Source: Candidatus Latescibacterota bacterium
GTDB lineage: Bacteria > Latescibacterota > UBA2968 > UBA8231
NCBI GenBank assembly: GCA_965200315.1
Contig: OZ241362.1
Coordinates: 3,968,001-4,032,000 of the forward strand
Direction of reading: 5' to 3'
DNA length: 64,000 nt
Shown: positions 45,716 to 55,782 of the stretch, piece by piece
Position numbering within the stretch: position 1 is the first letter of the stretch
How the letters are laid out: each line of letters opens with the position of its first letter
Made by a program: the position numbers and the translations under genes
The notes under the pieces: generated by a model
Told to the model about the DNA's origin: nothing
The model's database searches: none
What the model saw: the letters and a program-made list of their open reading frames with translations, nothing else

Positions 45716-47911
45716 ATGCAGAGCGTTATAGCCATCCTGCTATGGGCCACAGCCGTCTGGGGGCAGATGGACGCCGGCGTCAATCGCGGGGATTCGCGTT
45801 TTATGGCGACGGTGCTGGCGCGCCTCGCCCAGCGGGCCGATCCTATTGCCAACATCTATCTGAACAAAGCCCGCGTCGAGGGCCTTAGTTCCCTGCTGGG
45901 GCAACCGATGAGCGTGGGCAAGCGGCTGAACATGCGCCTGCGCATTGCCCAAGAGCAGGTGCGGGCCGGGGATTTGCGCATGGGCATCGAAGAGATGCAA
46001 AGCGTACTGGCAGCCGTAGAGGCCGGGCAGATGCCGGCGACCGAGGGTTTCGTCTATATGCTGCACGACCTGCTCGCCATCGCCTATTTGCGCCTCGGAG
46101 AGCAAGAAAACTGCCTGCACAACCACACCACGAATTCCTGCTTGCTGCCGATCCGCGGCGACGGCATCCACCGCTTGCAGGAAGGCTCCCGCCGCGCTAT
46201 CGAACACTACACCATAAACTTGAACAAACGCCCAAGCGATCTGGGAACGCGCTGGCTGTTGAATTTGGCGTACATGACCTTGGGCGAATACCCGCAAGGG
46301 GTGCCAGAAAACTGGCGCATTCCCCCGCACGTATTCGACGGCCACAGCGGCGGGATCCAACGCTTCCGCGACGTGGCACCGGCGGCTGGAGTTGCGGCTA
46401 TAGGGCTAGCGGGCGGCAGCGCAGTCGAGGACTTCGATGGAGACGGTCTGCTAGACATTGCGGTTTCTTCGTGGGGGCTGCGCGATCCACTGCGCTATTT
46501 CCACAACGAGGGCGATGGCACCTTTACCGAGGCCACGACAACGGCCGGGCTGGCCGGGCAAATCGGGGGGCTCAACCTCGAACAGGCTGACTACGACAAC
46601 GACGGCGATGTCGATCTGCTCATTTTGCGCGGTGCCTGGATGGGGGAAGAGGGCCGCATGCCCAACTCTCTGTTGCGCAACAACGGCGACGGCACCTTTG
46701 TGGACGTGACGCGGCGCGCCGGCTTGTTCTCCTTGCACCCGACCCACTCAGCAGCCTTTGCCGACTACGACAACGACGGCTGGTTGGATCTGTTCGTCGG
46801 CAATGAGTCCGGCAAGCGGCCCCACCCATGCCAGTTGTTTCGCAACCAAGAGGACGGCACGTTTGTCGATGTGGCTCCCGCAGTCGGCATCGATCACGTG
46901 GGCTTTGTGAAGGGCGTTGCTTGGGGCGATATAGACAACGACGGTTTGATCGACCTATACGTATCTCAGTTCTATCGAGAAAATGTCCTCTATCGCAACC
47001 TCGGCGACACACCAGCGGGCTGGCGCTTTGCCGAGGCGGTCGTCGCGCCGGGGCCGAACGAGAGCTTTCCCACTTGGTTTTGGGACTACGACAACGACGG
47101 CTGGCTCGACTTGTTTACCGGCGGCTACAATATGAACGACCTCGGCGACATGGCGCGTGCGTACCTCGGCGAAGAATTTGCCGCCGATCACGCCCACGTG
47201 TATCGCAACAACGGCGACGGCACCTTCACCGAGGTCACCGAAGCGCTGGGGAGCTTTGGCCAAGTCATCCTAGCTATGGGTGCCAACTACGGAGACTTGG
47301 ACAACGATGGGTTCCCCGACTGCTATGTCGGCACTGGGATTCCCGATCTGCGCTCGCTCACGCCCAACCGCATGTTGCGCAACGACGGTGGGGCGCGGTT
47401 TTTGGACGTCACCACCACAGGCGGCTTCGGCAACGTGCAGAAAGGGCACGGCGTGTCCTTTGCCGACTTCGACAACGATGGAGACCAAGACGTCTTCGAG
47501 GTCATGGGCGGAGCCTTTGAAGGCGACCTCTACCAGAACGTGCTCTACGAAAATCCCGGGCACGGCAATCGCTGGCTGCGGCTGTTTCCCCAAGGCGTGC
47601 AGTCGAACCGAGGGGCTATTGGCGGCCGCGTGCGCGTACGCGTGCGGCAACCAGACGGCAGTACCCGCGACATTCACCACCTCATCGGTTCGGGCGGCAG
47701 CTTTGGGGCCAACCCGCTCGCGCCGCACCTCGGTCTGGGGGACGCCACGGAATTGGTCTTCGTGGAAATCACCTGGCCAGCGACCCATCAGGCGCAGCAC
47801 TGGCAGGGGCTGACGCTCGATCGAGCGTACCGCCTGCGCGAAGGCCACCCATCGGCGACTGAAGTAGCCCTGCCGAAATTCCACTTTGCCGCCGGGCACA
47901 ACGGACATTGA
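45716..47911 (+). CDS. CRTAC1 / ASPIC-UnbV family protein with FG-GAP repeats
   Basis: Signal peptide; repeated D(Y/F)DNDGxxD motifs and RNNGDGTF; C-terminal SNRGAIG…HLGLG…ITWP. Confidence 0.88.
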   Translation: MQSVIAILLWATAVWGQMDAGVNRGDSRFMATVLARLAQRADPIANIYLNKARVEGLSSLLGQPMSVGKRLNMRLRIAQEQVRAGDLRMGIEEMQSVLAAVEAGQMPATEGFVYMLHDLLAIAYLRLGEQENCLHNHTTNSCLLPIRGDGIHRLQEGSRRAIEHYTINLNKRPSDLGTRWLLNLAYMTLGEYPQGVPENWRIPPHVFDGHSGGIQRFRDVAPAAGVAAIGLAGGSAVEDFDGDGLLDIAVSSWGLRDPLRYFHNEGDGTFTEATTTAGLAGQIGGLNLEQADYDNDGDVDLLILRGAWMGEEGRMPNSLLRNNGDGTFVDVTRRAGLFSLHPTHSAAFADYDNDGWLDLFVGNESGKRPHPCQLFRNQEDGTFVDVAPAVGIDHVGFVKGVAWGDIDNDGLIDLYVSQFYRENVLYRNLGDTPAGWRFAEAVVAPGPNESFPTWFWDYDNDGWLDLFTGGYNMNDLGDMARAYLGEEFAADHAHVYRNNGDGTFTEVTEALGSFGQVILAMGANYGDLDNDGFPDCYVGTGIPDLRSLTPNRMLRNDGGARFLDVTTTGGFGNVQKGHGVSFADFDNDGDQDVFEVMGGAFEGDLYQNVLYENPGHGNRWLRLFPQGVQSNRGAIGGRVRVRVRQPDGSTRDIHHLIGSGGSFGANPLAPHLGLGDATELVFVEITWPATHQAQHWQGLTLDRAYRLREGHPSATEVALPKFHFAAGHNGH

Positions 47912-47948
47912 CTCAGTAGCCGTTGGAGACTAATTTAAAAACGCTTTT

Positions 47949-48025
47949 GGGCGATTAGCTCAGTTGGTTAGAGCGCCGGTCTCACATACCGGAGGTCCGC
48001 AGTTCAAATCTGCGATTGCCCACCA
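47949..48025 (+). tRNA. tRNA-Val (CAC)
   Basis: GGGCGAT…ATTGCCC-ACCA; anticodon arm CCGGT-CT-CAC-AT-ACCGG; upstream TTGACT-N17-TAATTT. Confidence 0.96.
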
Positions 48026-48030
48026 TTGTT

Positions 48031-48112
48031 AAAGGCCGTGCGAAGCGTATCTCAGCTTCCACGGCCTTTTTTTAGCGATAAAAAGGCACCTACCCGCAAG
48101 TAGGTGCCTTTT
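48031..48112. terminator. Two intrinsic terminators between tRNA-Val and the convergent gene
   Basis: AAAGGCCGTG…CACGGCCTTTTTT and the bidirectional AAAAGGCACCTAC-CCGCAA-GTAGGTGCCTTTT. Confidence 0.75.
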
Positions 48113-48127
48113 GTTCTGCAATCCGCG

Positions 48128-48802
48128 CTATGGATATAGATGCTCTTTTACTAAAGCCCAAGGCGTCGGTAAAATGCTCGTTCCCATGACGGGTTCGGGC
48201 GCTTCGCTCCCATCCGGGAGCAGGTACGCGGGGATGGATCCCGGCGTGCCCAACTCGCTGGCACCCGCATCCCAGCCGCTTTGCTCGGTCGCCGTCGCCC
48301 AGCTTTCGGGCTGGTCGCCGGGCTGGTCAAAGGCGATGCGCACCATGGCACTTTTGCTGGCTGAGTCACCGGCGAAAGGGGCCCCGCGGCCATCGTCGGC
48401 CAAGTCGACGAGCTGGCCTCCAGCTTGCGGGTCGCCGTCGTACAGATGTAAGAGCAACTTGGTGTTGGGCAGCGAAACCGCGGCGTCAACGCGCTGAGGA
48501 TCGACAGCGAGGAGGGAGTTTTTGTGATCGGCAGCGTAGTTAGCGATGAGAAAGGTCTGTCCGGCGGGGATCGTAGCGGCCTCAAGGACGAACATCACCT
48601 TGTCCTCGTCGCCGCTGCGATAGGTCAAAGTCCAGCCGGCTATATCAACCGTTGCGTCGCTGGGATTGTAGAGTTCGATCCACTCATCGGCAGTAGATGC
48701 CGTACTACCCGACCACATCAACTCGGATATGACGACTGGGCCGGGTTGGGCTGAGAGAGATGCGGCGAGAGCACAAAAGATAAAGGCAATGAAAGGACGC
48801 AT
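48128..48802 (-). CDS. Secreted lamin-tail-domain (LTD) protein
   Basis: Signal peptide; VVISELMW, DEWIELYNP, VDIAGWTL, GTPG motifs; RBS GGAGG before ATG 48802. Confidence 0.82.
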   Translation of the reverse strand: MRPFIAFIFCALAASLSAQPGPVVISELMWSGSTASTADEWIELYNPSDATVDIAGWTLTYRSGDEDKVMFVLEAATIPAGQTFLIANYAADHKNSLLAVDPQRVDAAVSLPNTKLLLHLYDGDPQAGGQLVDLADDGRGAPFAGDSASKSAMVRIAFDQPGDQPESWATATEQSGWDAGASELGTPGSIPAYLLPDGSEAPEPVMGTSILPTPWALVKEHLYP

Positions 48803-48847
48803 GGCAGCCTCCAAGTTAGGGTGAGATGGCAATTGCCATGCGCTTAA

Positions 48848-48863
48848 TGCAATATGCGTACCT
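48848..48863 (-). promoter_or_regulatory. Putative sigma54 (-24/-12) promoter of the LTD gene
   Basis: Minus strand AGGTACG-CATA-TTGCA (GG-N10-GC), with an AT-rich tract upstream. Confidence 0.5.
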
Positions 48864-48967
48864 AGGGTTTTCTATTTTTATAACATATTGTAAAATATAA
48901 AAATATAAAATTCACACTGCGCGTATTACCCGTGCTCAGTGCGTCTATTCGGCAACAGTTCTGACAC

Positions 48968-50395
48968 CTAGTCGATACAGGGTGCGCGGGCTGTGAGTGC
49001 CGCGCATAGCTTCTGTTGCAAGCCGCCGAAACCGCCATTGCTCATAAAGACCACCAAGTCGCCCGGGTGGGCTTCTGCCGCTAAAAAAGCGGCCATCGAT
49101 TCGGCGTCGGACAGATAGCGGGCTGTCTTGCCGGTGGCGCAGAGACGCTCCACTAAGCGCTCGGGCGAAAACGGTTCGTCGTCCCGGGCGCGTTTGGGAT
49201 AGGGGACCGCGGTTGCGACGAACGCGTCGGCCAAGGCAAATGCCTCGACATAGCGATCCTCAAAGATAGCGCGGGCATTGGTCGCGCTGGCCGGCTCGAA
49301 AACTGCGAGGAGCCTGCGTTCGGGATGGGCTTGGCGCAGCCCCTCTAGAGTGTGGGCGACCGCAGTGGGATGGTGGGCGAAGTCGTCGATGAGGAGAATG
49401 TCGTCAATGAGGCCAATCTGCTCCTGCCGACGCTTGACGCCGGCAAAGCCGGCCAAGGCCGTGCGCAGGTCGTCGGCAGTTAGGCCAGCGCGGAAACCAG
49501 CGGCCAAGCTGGCGAGCGCATTGCAGACGTTGTAATCGCCGCTCAGCGGCAAGTCGAAAACTCCCACCTCGTGCCCCGCCCGGCACAAGGTGAAGCGCGT
49601 GCCCTCGGCACGAGCTTGGAGGTTGGTAGCGCGCCAAAACGCGCCCTCCTCAAGGCCAAAGGTCTCCACCGGTGCCAGCGCGGCGGGCAGGAGTTCGGCG
49701 ATATTGGGGTCGCTGCCGTTGGCTAGAATCAGACCGTTTTCCGGCACTATGTTGATGAGTTGGCGGAAGGCTTTGACGATTTCGGCAAGGTCTTGGTAGA
49801 TGTCGGCGTGGTCGAATTCAATGTTGTTGACGATTAGCACATCGGGTAGGTAGTAGAAAAATTTCGCCCACTTGGCAAAGAAGGCACTGTCGTATTCGTC
49901 GCCTTCGACGATGAAGTCTGCGCCTTGGCCGAGCCGGTAGGAGCGGTCGAAGTTTTGCGGCACCCCAGCGACCAGAAAGGAAGGGTCCAAGTCGCAAGCG
50001 GTGAAGAGGTGGGCGACGAGCGCCGTAGTGGTGGTTTTGCCGTGGGTTCCAGTTACCACGACCGAGCACTTGCCGCGGAGGAAGAAATCGCGCAGCACTT
50101 CTGGGAGCGACATATACGGGATCCGGCGCGAGAGTACGGCCTCGGCCTCTGGGTTGCCACGCGAGACGGCGTTGCCAATGACGACCAAATCCGGCGCTGG
50201 CACTAGGTGATCCGCCGAGAAGCCGGCCCGCACGTCGATCCCCAAATCCTCGAGCATGGTGCTCATCGGCGGATAGACGTGGCTGTCCGACCCGGTGACG
50301 CGATACCCCTGCTCGCGCAGCATGCCGGCCAAAGACCCCATGGCCGTGCCGCAAGCGGCAATCAGATGAATGTGGGAATCCAAGGGAAGCTGCAT
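48968..50395 (-). CDS. mpl: Murein peptide ligase (UDP-MurNAc:tripeptide ligase)
   Basis: IAACGTAMGSLA, YPPMS, GTHGKTTT, EGDEYDSAFF, DHADI, DDFAHHPT; start set at MQLPL. Confidence 0.9.
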   Translation of the reverse strand: MQLPLDSHIHLIAACGTAMGSLAGMLREQGYRVTGSDSHVYPPMSTMLEDLGIDVRAGFSADHLVPAPDLVVIGNAVSRGNPEAEAVLSRRIPYMSLPEVLRDFFLRGKCSVVVTGTHGKTTTTALVAHLFTACDLDPSFLVAGVPQNFDRSYRLGQGADFIVEGDEYDSAFFAKWAKFFYYLPDVLIVNNIEFDHADIYQDLAEIVKAFRQLINIVPENGLILANGSDPNIAELLPAALAPVETFGLEEGAFWRATNLQARAEGTRFTLCRAGHEVGVFDLPLSGDYNVCNALASLAAGFRAGLTADDLRTALAGFAGVKRRQEQIGLIDDILLIDDFAHHPTAVAHTLEGLRQAHPERRLLAVFEPASATNARAIFEDRYVEAFALADAFVATAVPYPKRARDDEPFSPERLVERLCATGKTARYLSDAESMAAFLAAEAHPGDLVVFMSNGGFGGLQQKLCAALTARAPCID

Positions 50396-50505
50396 GTCCG
50401 TATATACCGTTGGGGAAATATAGATGTCAAGGGAAGCGGGCCAGTTTGTGCGCGGCAATCGGCGATTGTTTTATTGTGGAGCACTTGCTTGCAAGAGAGG
50501 AAACC

Positions 50506-51477
50506 ATGGGCCAAGAGAAAAAAGAAAAAGAAGAGATTTTTCTGTCCCTCGTCATTCCCGTTTTTAACGAAGAGGAAAGCCTGCCTCATCTATGGGACCA
50601 GATCGATAGGGCTTTGGCGACGGTGGAATGGTCTTGGGAGGCCATTTTCGTGGACGACGGGAGCACGGACGGCTCGTTTGCGGTCTTGGGCGAGTTGGCC
50701 AAACAGCATCCGCAGGTGTGCGCCTTGCGCTTCCGCCGCAACTACCGCAAGGCCGCGGCCCTCGCCGCCGGCTTCAAGCAGGCGCACGGCCAAATCATCG
50801 TCACCATGGACGCCGACCTGCAAGACGACCCCCGCGAAATCCCCCGGCTGCTGGCCGAGCTAAACCGCGATTACGACTTGGTCTCGGGCTGGAAGGCCAA
50901 GCGCCACGACCCTCTGAGCAAAACCCTCCCCTCCCGCTTGTTCAACTGGATCACCTCGCTGGTCTCCGGGGTTCGCCTGCGCGATTTCAACTGCGGGCTC
51001 AAGGCGTATCGGCGCGAGGTGACCGAAGATGCGCTGCCTTATCTCTACGGAGAATTGTATCGGTTCTTGCCCGCCGTGGCCCACTGGATGGGCTATCGAG
51101 TCGGCGAGATCCCGGTGCAACACCATCCCCGCCGCTTCGGCCATTCCAAATTCGGGGCCAAGCGGTTGCTAAACGGGTTTTTGGACCTGCTGACCGTGAC
51201 CTTCGTCGTGCGCTTTATGACCATGCCCATGCACGTCTTCGGCAGCTTGGGGCTCGGCTCCACGCTTTGCGGCTCGGTCATTTGCGCCTATGTGGCCTTG
51301 CTGCGCTACGAGCACGGCAACATCCAAAACCGCCATCCCCTGCTCATGCTGGGCATCCTGCTAATCATCGTCGGCATTCAGTGCTTCTCCATCGGCTTTT
51401 TAGGAGACATGATCGCCAGCATGCACCAGCGCGGCGGGCGCACCCCGCGCATTGCCGAGTGCCTAAACGGGCGATAG
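50506..51477 (+). CDS. GT2 polyprenyl-phosphate glycosyltransferase (ArnC/DPM1-like)
   Basis: IPVFNEE, VDDGSTD, MDADLQDDP, DFNCGLK; two C-terminal transmembrane helices. Confidence 0.9.
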   Translation: MGQEKKEKEEIFLSLVIPVFNEEESLPHLWDQIDRALATVEWSWEAIFVDDGSTDGSFAVLGELAKQHPQVCALRFRRNYRKAAALAAGFKQAHGQIIVTMDADLQDDPREIPRLLAELNRDYDLVSGWKAKRHDPLSKTLPSRLFNWITSLVSGVRLRDFNCGLKAYRREVTEDALPYLYGELYRFLPAVAHWMGYRVGEIPVQHHPRRFGHSKFGAKRLLNGFLDLLTVTFVVRFMTMPMHVFGSLGLGSTLCGSVICAYVALLRYEHGNIQNRHPLLMLGILLIIVGIQCFSIGFLGDMIASMHQRGGRTPRIAECLNGR

Positions 51478-52527
51478 CTCTTTCAGGGCCGCCAGCAACG
51501 CGGCGATCTCTGCGTCCGTGCCCACCGAGATGCGCAGGCAATCGGCCAAGCGCGGCGGCGTGGCAAAGTAGCGCACCAAGATCCGGCGCTCCTTGAGCTG
51601 CGCGTATAGTTCGGCAGCGGCGCAGTTGGTCCAGTGCTCGCCGAGCTTGGCGAGCACAAAATTCGCCTGCGAATCCCACACGTAAAAATCCAACGCCCGC
51701 AGCCCCGCACATAGGCGCCCGCGCGTCGCGCAGACGCGGGCGGCGTTTGCACACATCGCATCGATATCTTCTAAGGCAGCCGCGGCGGCCACCAAGCTCA
51801 GCCGATTGAGATTGTAGTGGTCCTTGACCTTCCACATCCCCTCGATCAGCGCGACCGGGGCAAAGGCAAAACCAATGCGCATACCAGCGAGGGAAAAGGA
51901 CTTGGACATGGTGCGCACGACAATGGCGTTGGGGTGTTGCTCGATGAGCTGAATGCAGCCCCCCTGGGAAAAATCGACATACGCTTCATCCACGACCAAG
52001 ACGCCGTCAATCCGCGCACAGAGCGCGGCGACTTCGTCATAGGACACAAGGGTACCCGAAGGAGCATTGGGATTGGCGAGAAAGGTGATGCGGGCCCCGG
52101 GCACGGCTAAACCCTCGGGCAGGGAAAAATTTTCGTCGAACTCGACCGGGACCGACTCAGCTCCCTGGATGTCGATCAGCGGCTTGTAGTAGCCGTACGT
52201 GGGATGGGGATAGGCGATTTTGTCGCCCTCGCCGGCAAAGCTGCGAATGATGACGTGGAGCAGCTCGTCCGAGCCATTGCCGACCATAATCTGTTGGGGA
52301 TCAATGGCGAACACCTCTCCCAATTTGCGGCGCAGGGCCCAAGCGTCTGGGTCGGGATAGAGGCGCAGATTAGCTGAGCAGGCATCGCGCAACCGCGCTA
52401 GCACTAAGGGCGAAGGCGGGTAGGGGTTTTCGTTGGTATTGAGCTTGATGTAGCCCTTTTCGCGGGGCTGTTCCCCAGGGACGTACCCGCGCATACGAGC
52501 GATATTGGGGCGGAACAGGTCCGACAC
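51463..52527 (-). CDS. hisC: Histidinol-phosphate aminotransferase
   Basis: YVPGEQP, KLNTNENP, GNGSDE, DEAYVDF, RTMSKSFSLAGMRIG motifs. Confidence 0.93.
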   Translation of the reverse strand: MSDLFRPNIARMRGYVPGEQPREKGYIKLNTNENPYPPSPLVLARLRDACSANLRLYPDPDAWALRRKLGEVFAIDPQQIMVGNGSDELLHVIIRSFAGEGDKIAYPHPTYGYYKPLIDIQGAESVPVEFDENFSLPEGLAVPGARITFLANPNAPSGTLVSYDEVAALCARIDGVLVVDEAYVDFSQGGCIQLIEQHPNAIVVRTMSKSFSLAGMRIGFAFAPVALIEGMWKVKDHYNLNRLSLVAAAAALEDIDAMCANAARVCATRGRLCAGLRALDFYVWDSQANFVLAKLGEHWTNCAAAELYAQLKERRILVRYFATPPRLADCLRISVGTDAEIAALLAALKELSPV

Positions 52528-52529
52528 GG

Positions 52530-54719
52530 CTAACGGCTTGCAGACTCATCCACGCGCAGCACTTCCAAAACGCCTTCGATGTGCTCGATTTGGTCTATAG
52601 CCTGGCGCAGTTGCTCGTTGTCGGCGACATCAATCCAGAAGTCCTGTTCGGCGATGTGGCTATCGGTGCGGGTAGTAGATTCGCGGATGTTGCAACCGAC
52701 GGTGCTGATCGCCCCCGAGATGTCCGCGAGCAAGGACTTGCGATCCCAACTGCGGGTGCGTAGCTGAACAGTAAAGGCTGGTTCGTCCGTCTGCTCCCAC
52801 TCGACCGCGAGCAGGCGGTCTGGTTCAGCGGAAATCCGGCCGATGTTGTAACAGTTGGTGCGGTGGACCGTGACGCCGCGGCCTCGGGTAACTAGGCCGA
52901 CAATCTCGTCGCCCGGGATGGGACCACAGCACTTACCAAATTGGATCATCAGGTTTTTCATGCCTTGGATACAGATGTCTCTGCGGTCTTGGGGCCGGAT
53001 CGTGCGCCGCTCGGGCTTGGGGGATGCGATTTTGCCGATGACCTTGCCGATTGACAGGTCTCCGTTGCCGAGGGCCGCGTAGAGATGCTCGGCGTCGCTG
53101 AACCCGAATTCCTCCGCCACGGCATCGAGGTTGGGTGGGTCGGCATCCTGACCGGGCCTCAATCCCCTGTCGAGCGCCTCCTTACCATGGCGCACGTTGT
53201 GATCGTATTGCTCCTCCCGCAGCCAGCGGCGAATGGCTTGGCGGGCCTTGGCGGTCTTGACTTGGTCCAGCCAAGCGAGGTTGGGCTTTTGCTGTGGCAC
53301 CGTGACGATTTCCACGGTTTGGCCGCTGCTCAAAGCCGCGCTTAGCGGCACGACGAGGTCGTTTACTTTGGCCGTCGCGCAGTGCAGCCCGATGTCGGTG
53401 TGGATGGCAAAGGCAAAATCAATCGGCGTGGCCCCCTTGGGCAACTGGTGTAGGTGGCCTTTGGGGGTGAAAACAAAGATCTCGTCTTGGGACGCGAGCT
53501 CGGTCTTCAGGTTTTCCATGAACTCGACCGGGTCTGTGGCTTCCTGTTGCCAGTCGAGGACTTGGTGCAGCCAACTCATGTGTTGGTTTAAATCGCCGGG
53601 AGCCTTGTCATTGGATTTGTAGCGCCAGTGAGCGGCGATGCCGATTTCAGCCGTGTGGTGCATCTGCGCGGTGCGGATTTGCACTTCGACGTATTGACCT
53701 TTGAGACCGATCACCGAAGTGTGCAGCGACTGGTACATGTTGCTCTTAGGAGTCGATATATAGTCTTTGATGCGTCCGGGGATAGGGGTGTAAATGTGGT
53801 GGACCCAGCCGAGGATTTGATAGCATTCGCGCGTGGTGTCGGTGATGATGCGTATGGCCAGCAGGTCGTAGATTTCTTCGAAGGGCTTACCGCGCGCCTG
53901 CATCTTATTGTAGATACTGTAGAAGTTCTTGGCTCGGCTCGTAAATTCGGCTTTAATGCCATTGGCGTGTAGGCACTCCTCAATTGGGACCTTGAATTCC
54001 TTTATATAGTCTTCGCGCTCTTGGCGCGTCATGGCCACGCTTTCGCGCAGATCTTGGTACGTTTTGGGTTCGAGGAACTTGAGGCTTTGGTCTTCGAGTT
54101 GCCAGCGGATCCGCGCCAACCCAAAGCGATGAGCGAGCGGCGCGTACACTTCGAGCGTTTCCCTTGCCGTGCGCTCGCGGGATTGGGAGCTTAGGTATTG
54201 GAGCGTGCGCATGTTGTGCAGCCGGTCGGCCAGCTTGATGAGAATGACGCGGATGTCCTTGACCGTGGAGATCAGCATCTTGCGGTAGGTCTCAGCTTGG
54301 CGCACCTCGCGGCTTTCGTATGTTATCTGATCGATTTTGGTAACCCCGGCGATCAGTTCGGCGATCTCTTCGCCAAATTGCTTGGCAACCTCCTCATGCG
54401 TAGCTGGCGTATCCTCAACTACATCGTGCAACAGTCCGGCTGCAACTGTGGTGTGATCCAAGCCCAACTGGGCGAGGAGCCGAGCCACTTCGACGCAATG
54501 GGCTAAGAACGGCTCGCCGGACTTGCGGATCTGTCCCTTGTGATGCTCTTTGGCGAAGTAATAGGCGCGGTTGAGCAGCTCAAAATCGGCCTGGTCGTTG
54601 CAGGAGGAGACCTCAATCAGCAGCATTGACAGCCGCAGTTCGTCGCTCCCCTGCTTAACGAGTTCGTCCAAGTAGGTATTAGGAAGGGCCGCAAGAGGTA
54701 TGGGAGTGGTTTCGGTCAT
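52530..54719 (-). CDS. relA: Bifunctional (p)ppGpp synthetase/hydrolase (long RSH)
   Basis: RKSGEP, intact HD motif (LLHDVVED), ADRLHN, YQSLHT, EVQIRT; TGS, CC and ACT domains. Confidence 0.95.
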   Translation of the reverse strand: MTETTPIPLAALPNTYLDELVKQGSDELRLSMLLIEVSSCNDQADFELLNRAYYFAKEHHKGQIRKSGEPFLAHCVEVARLLAQLGLDHTTVAAGLLHDVVEDTPATHEEVAKQFGEEIAELIAGVTKIDQITYESREVRQAETYRKMLISTVKDIRVILIKLADRLHNMRTLQYLSSQSRERTARETLEVYAPLAHRFGLARIRWQLEDQSLKFLEPKTYQDLRESVAMTRQEREDYIKEFKVPIEECLHANGIKAEFTSRAKNFYSIYNKMQARGKPFEEIYDLLAIRIITDTTRECYQILGWVHHIYTPIPGRIKDYISTPKSNMYQSLHTSVIGLKGQYVEVQIRTAQMHHTAEIGIAAHWRYKSNDKAPGDLNQHMSWLHQVLDWQQEATDPVEFMENLKTELASQDEIFVFTPKGHLHQLPKGATPIDFAFAIHTDIGLHCATAKVNDLVVPLSAALSSGQTVEIVTVPQQKPNLAWLDQVKTAKARQAIRRWLREEQYDHNVRHGKEALDRGLRPGQDADPPNLDAVAEEFGFSDAEHLYAALGNGDLSIGKVIGKIASPKPERRTIRPQDRRDICIQGMKNLMIQFGKCCGPIPGDEIVGLVTRGRGVTVHRTNCYNIGRISAEPDRLLAVEWEQTDEPAFTVQLRTRSWDRKSLLADISGAISTVGCNIRESTTRTDSHIAEQDFWIDVADNEQLRQAIDQIEHIEGVLEVLRVDESASR

Positions 54720-54838
54720 GTGATCTTTCGCTATCTACTTGCCCGTCAATATAAACAAGCATATAAAAAGAAAACAAGTACATACAAGCAGAGTTTGCAC
54801 GCGTTGTAGGAGCGACGTTAAAATTAAAAGGACGCAGG

Positions 54839-55228
54839 ATGCGGTGGCTAAATACCGAAAACGCACCGGCGCTGACGCGAGCGGATAAAATCCTCGCGCT
54901 CGTCGTGGGCTTGAGTGCGATCGGGCTGGTACTTTACGGCCGCTATACAGCCGAAGCCGGCGGCCTGCTCATCGTCGAGTTGGCCGAGGCCGCGCCCGCC
55001 ACTCATGCCCTCTCAAATTACGGGGTCTTGCCGGTTGTAGGACCTTTGGGAGTGAGCGATATCGAGATCGGGCCCAAAGGCGTGCGCGTACTTTCCGCAC
55101 CCTGCGTCTACAAGATCTGCATGCGGCAGGGCTGGATGCAGCGAGCAGGCGATGTGGCTGTGTGCATACCCAATGGCCTAGTGCTGAGGATCGCTGGTGC
55201 CGCGCCCATAGACGCGATGATTCGCTGA
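54839..55228 (+). CDS. NusG domain II-containing (DUF1312-like) membrane-anchored protein
   Basis: RADKIL followed by a transmembrane helix; GPLG, PCxxKICxxQG, VCIPN motifs. Confidence 0.8.
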   Translation: MRWLNTENAPALTRADKILALVVGLSAIGLVLYGRYTAEAGGLLIVELAEAAPATHALSNYGVLPVVGPLGVSDIEIGPKGVRVLSAPCVYKICMRQGWMQRAGDVAVCIPNGLVLRIAGAAPIDAMIR

Positions 55229-55752
55229 TGTTTGCGCACCCTAGAGACGTGGCCCGTTTGGGGCTTATGGCCAGTGCGGCAATCGTGCTCTTCGCCTTTG
55301 AATCGCTAGTGCCCAAACCCTTGCCTTGGATGAAGTTGGGACTCGGCAATTTGCCGGTTGTGGTCGCGCTAGTGAGCTTTGGCGGCGGTCCGGCGTTGGC
55401 CGTTAGTACCATCAAGCTCGTAGTCGGCGGCTTGCTCAGCGGGGGGTTTGCAAGTCCGGCCTTTGTCATTGGCGGCGGGGCTGGCTTGGCGAGTTGGCTG
55501 GTCATGGTTGCGGTCCGCCGCATGGGAGCGCGGCTTTTCAGCGTCGTGGGCCTGAGCATCTGGGGCGCGTTGGCTCACCAGCTCAGCCAGCTCGCTCTCG
55601 CCGCTGGTTATATAGGCCACAGCGGTCTGTTCGCGCTTTTGCCGCTGGCCTTGTTCAGCGCTCTGGTGAGCGGAGGGGCGATTGGCCTGTTGGCTTGGTG
55701 GACCTTGGAACAATTGGAGAAAATAGGCTGGTTGGACCAAGGTCAGTTATAG
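55228..55752 (+). CDS. Gx transporter / heptaprenyl diphosphate synthase component I family membrane protein
   Basis: ES…PLPWMKLGLGN, GLSIWGALAHQLSQL motifs; TGATG overlap with the upstream gene. Confidence 0.85.
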   Translation: MFAHPRDVARLGLMASAAIVLFAFESLVPKPLPWMKLGLGNLPVVVALVSFGGGPALAVSTIKLVVGGLLSGGFASPAFVIGGGAGLASWLVMVAVRRMGARLFSVVGLSIWGALAHQLSQLALAAGYIGHSGLFALLPLALFSALVSGGAIGLLAWWTLEQLEKIGWLDQGQL

Positions 55753-55782
55753 TTATAAATGTATAGACTTTAGGTCGTTTCA

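Noticed and set aside
46430-47500. Recurring GACTACGACAACGACGGC-like repeats
   Set aside because: These are coding FG-GAP calcium-binding repeats with irregular spacing, not a CRISPR array.
51463-51477. Convergent 15-nt overlap of the GT2 and hisC 3' ends
   Set aside because: Short tail-to-tail overlaps are common in compact genomes.
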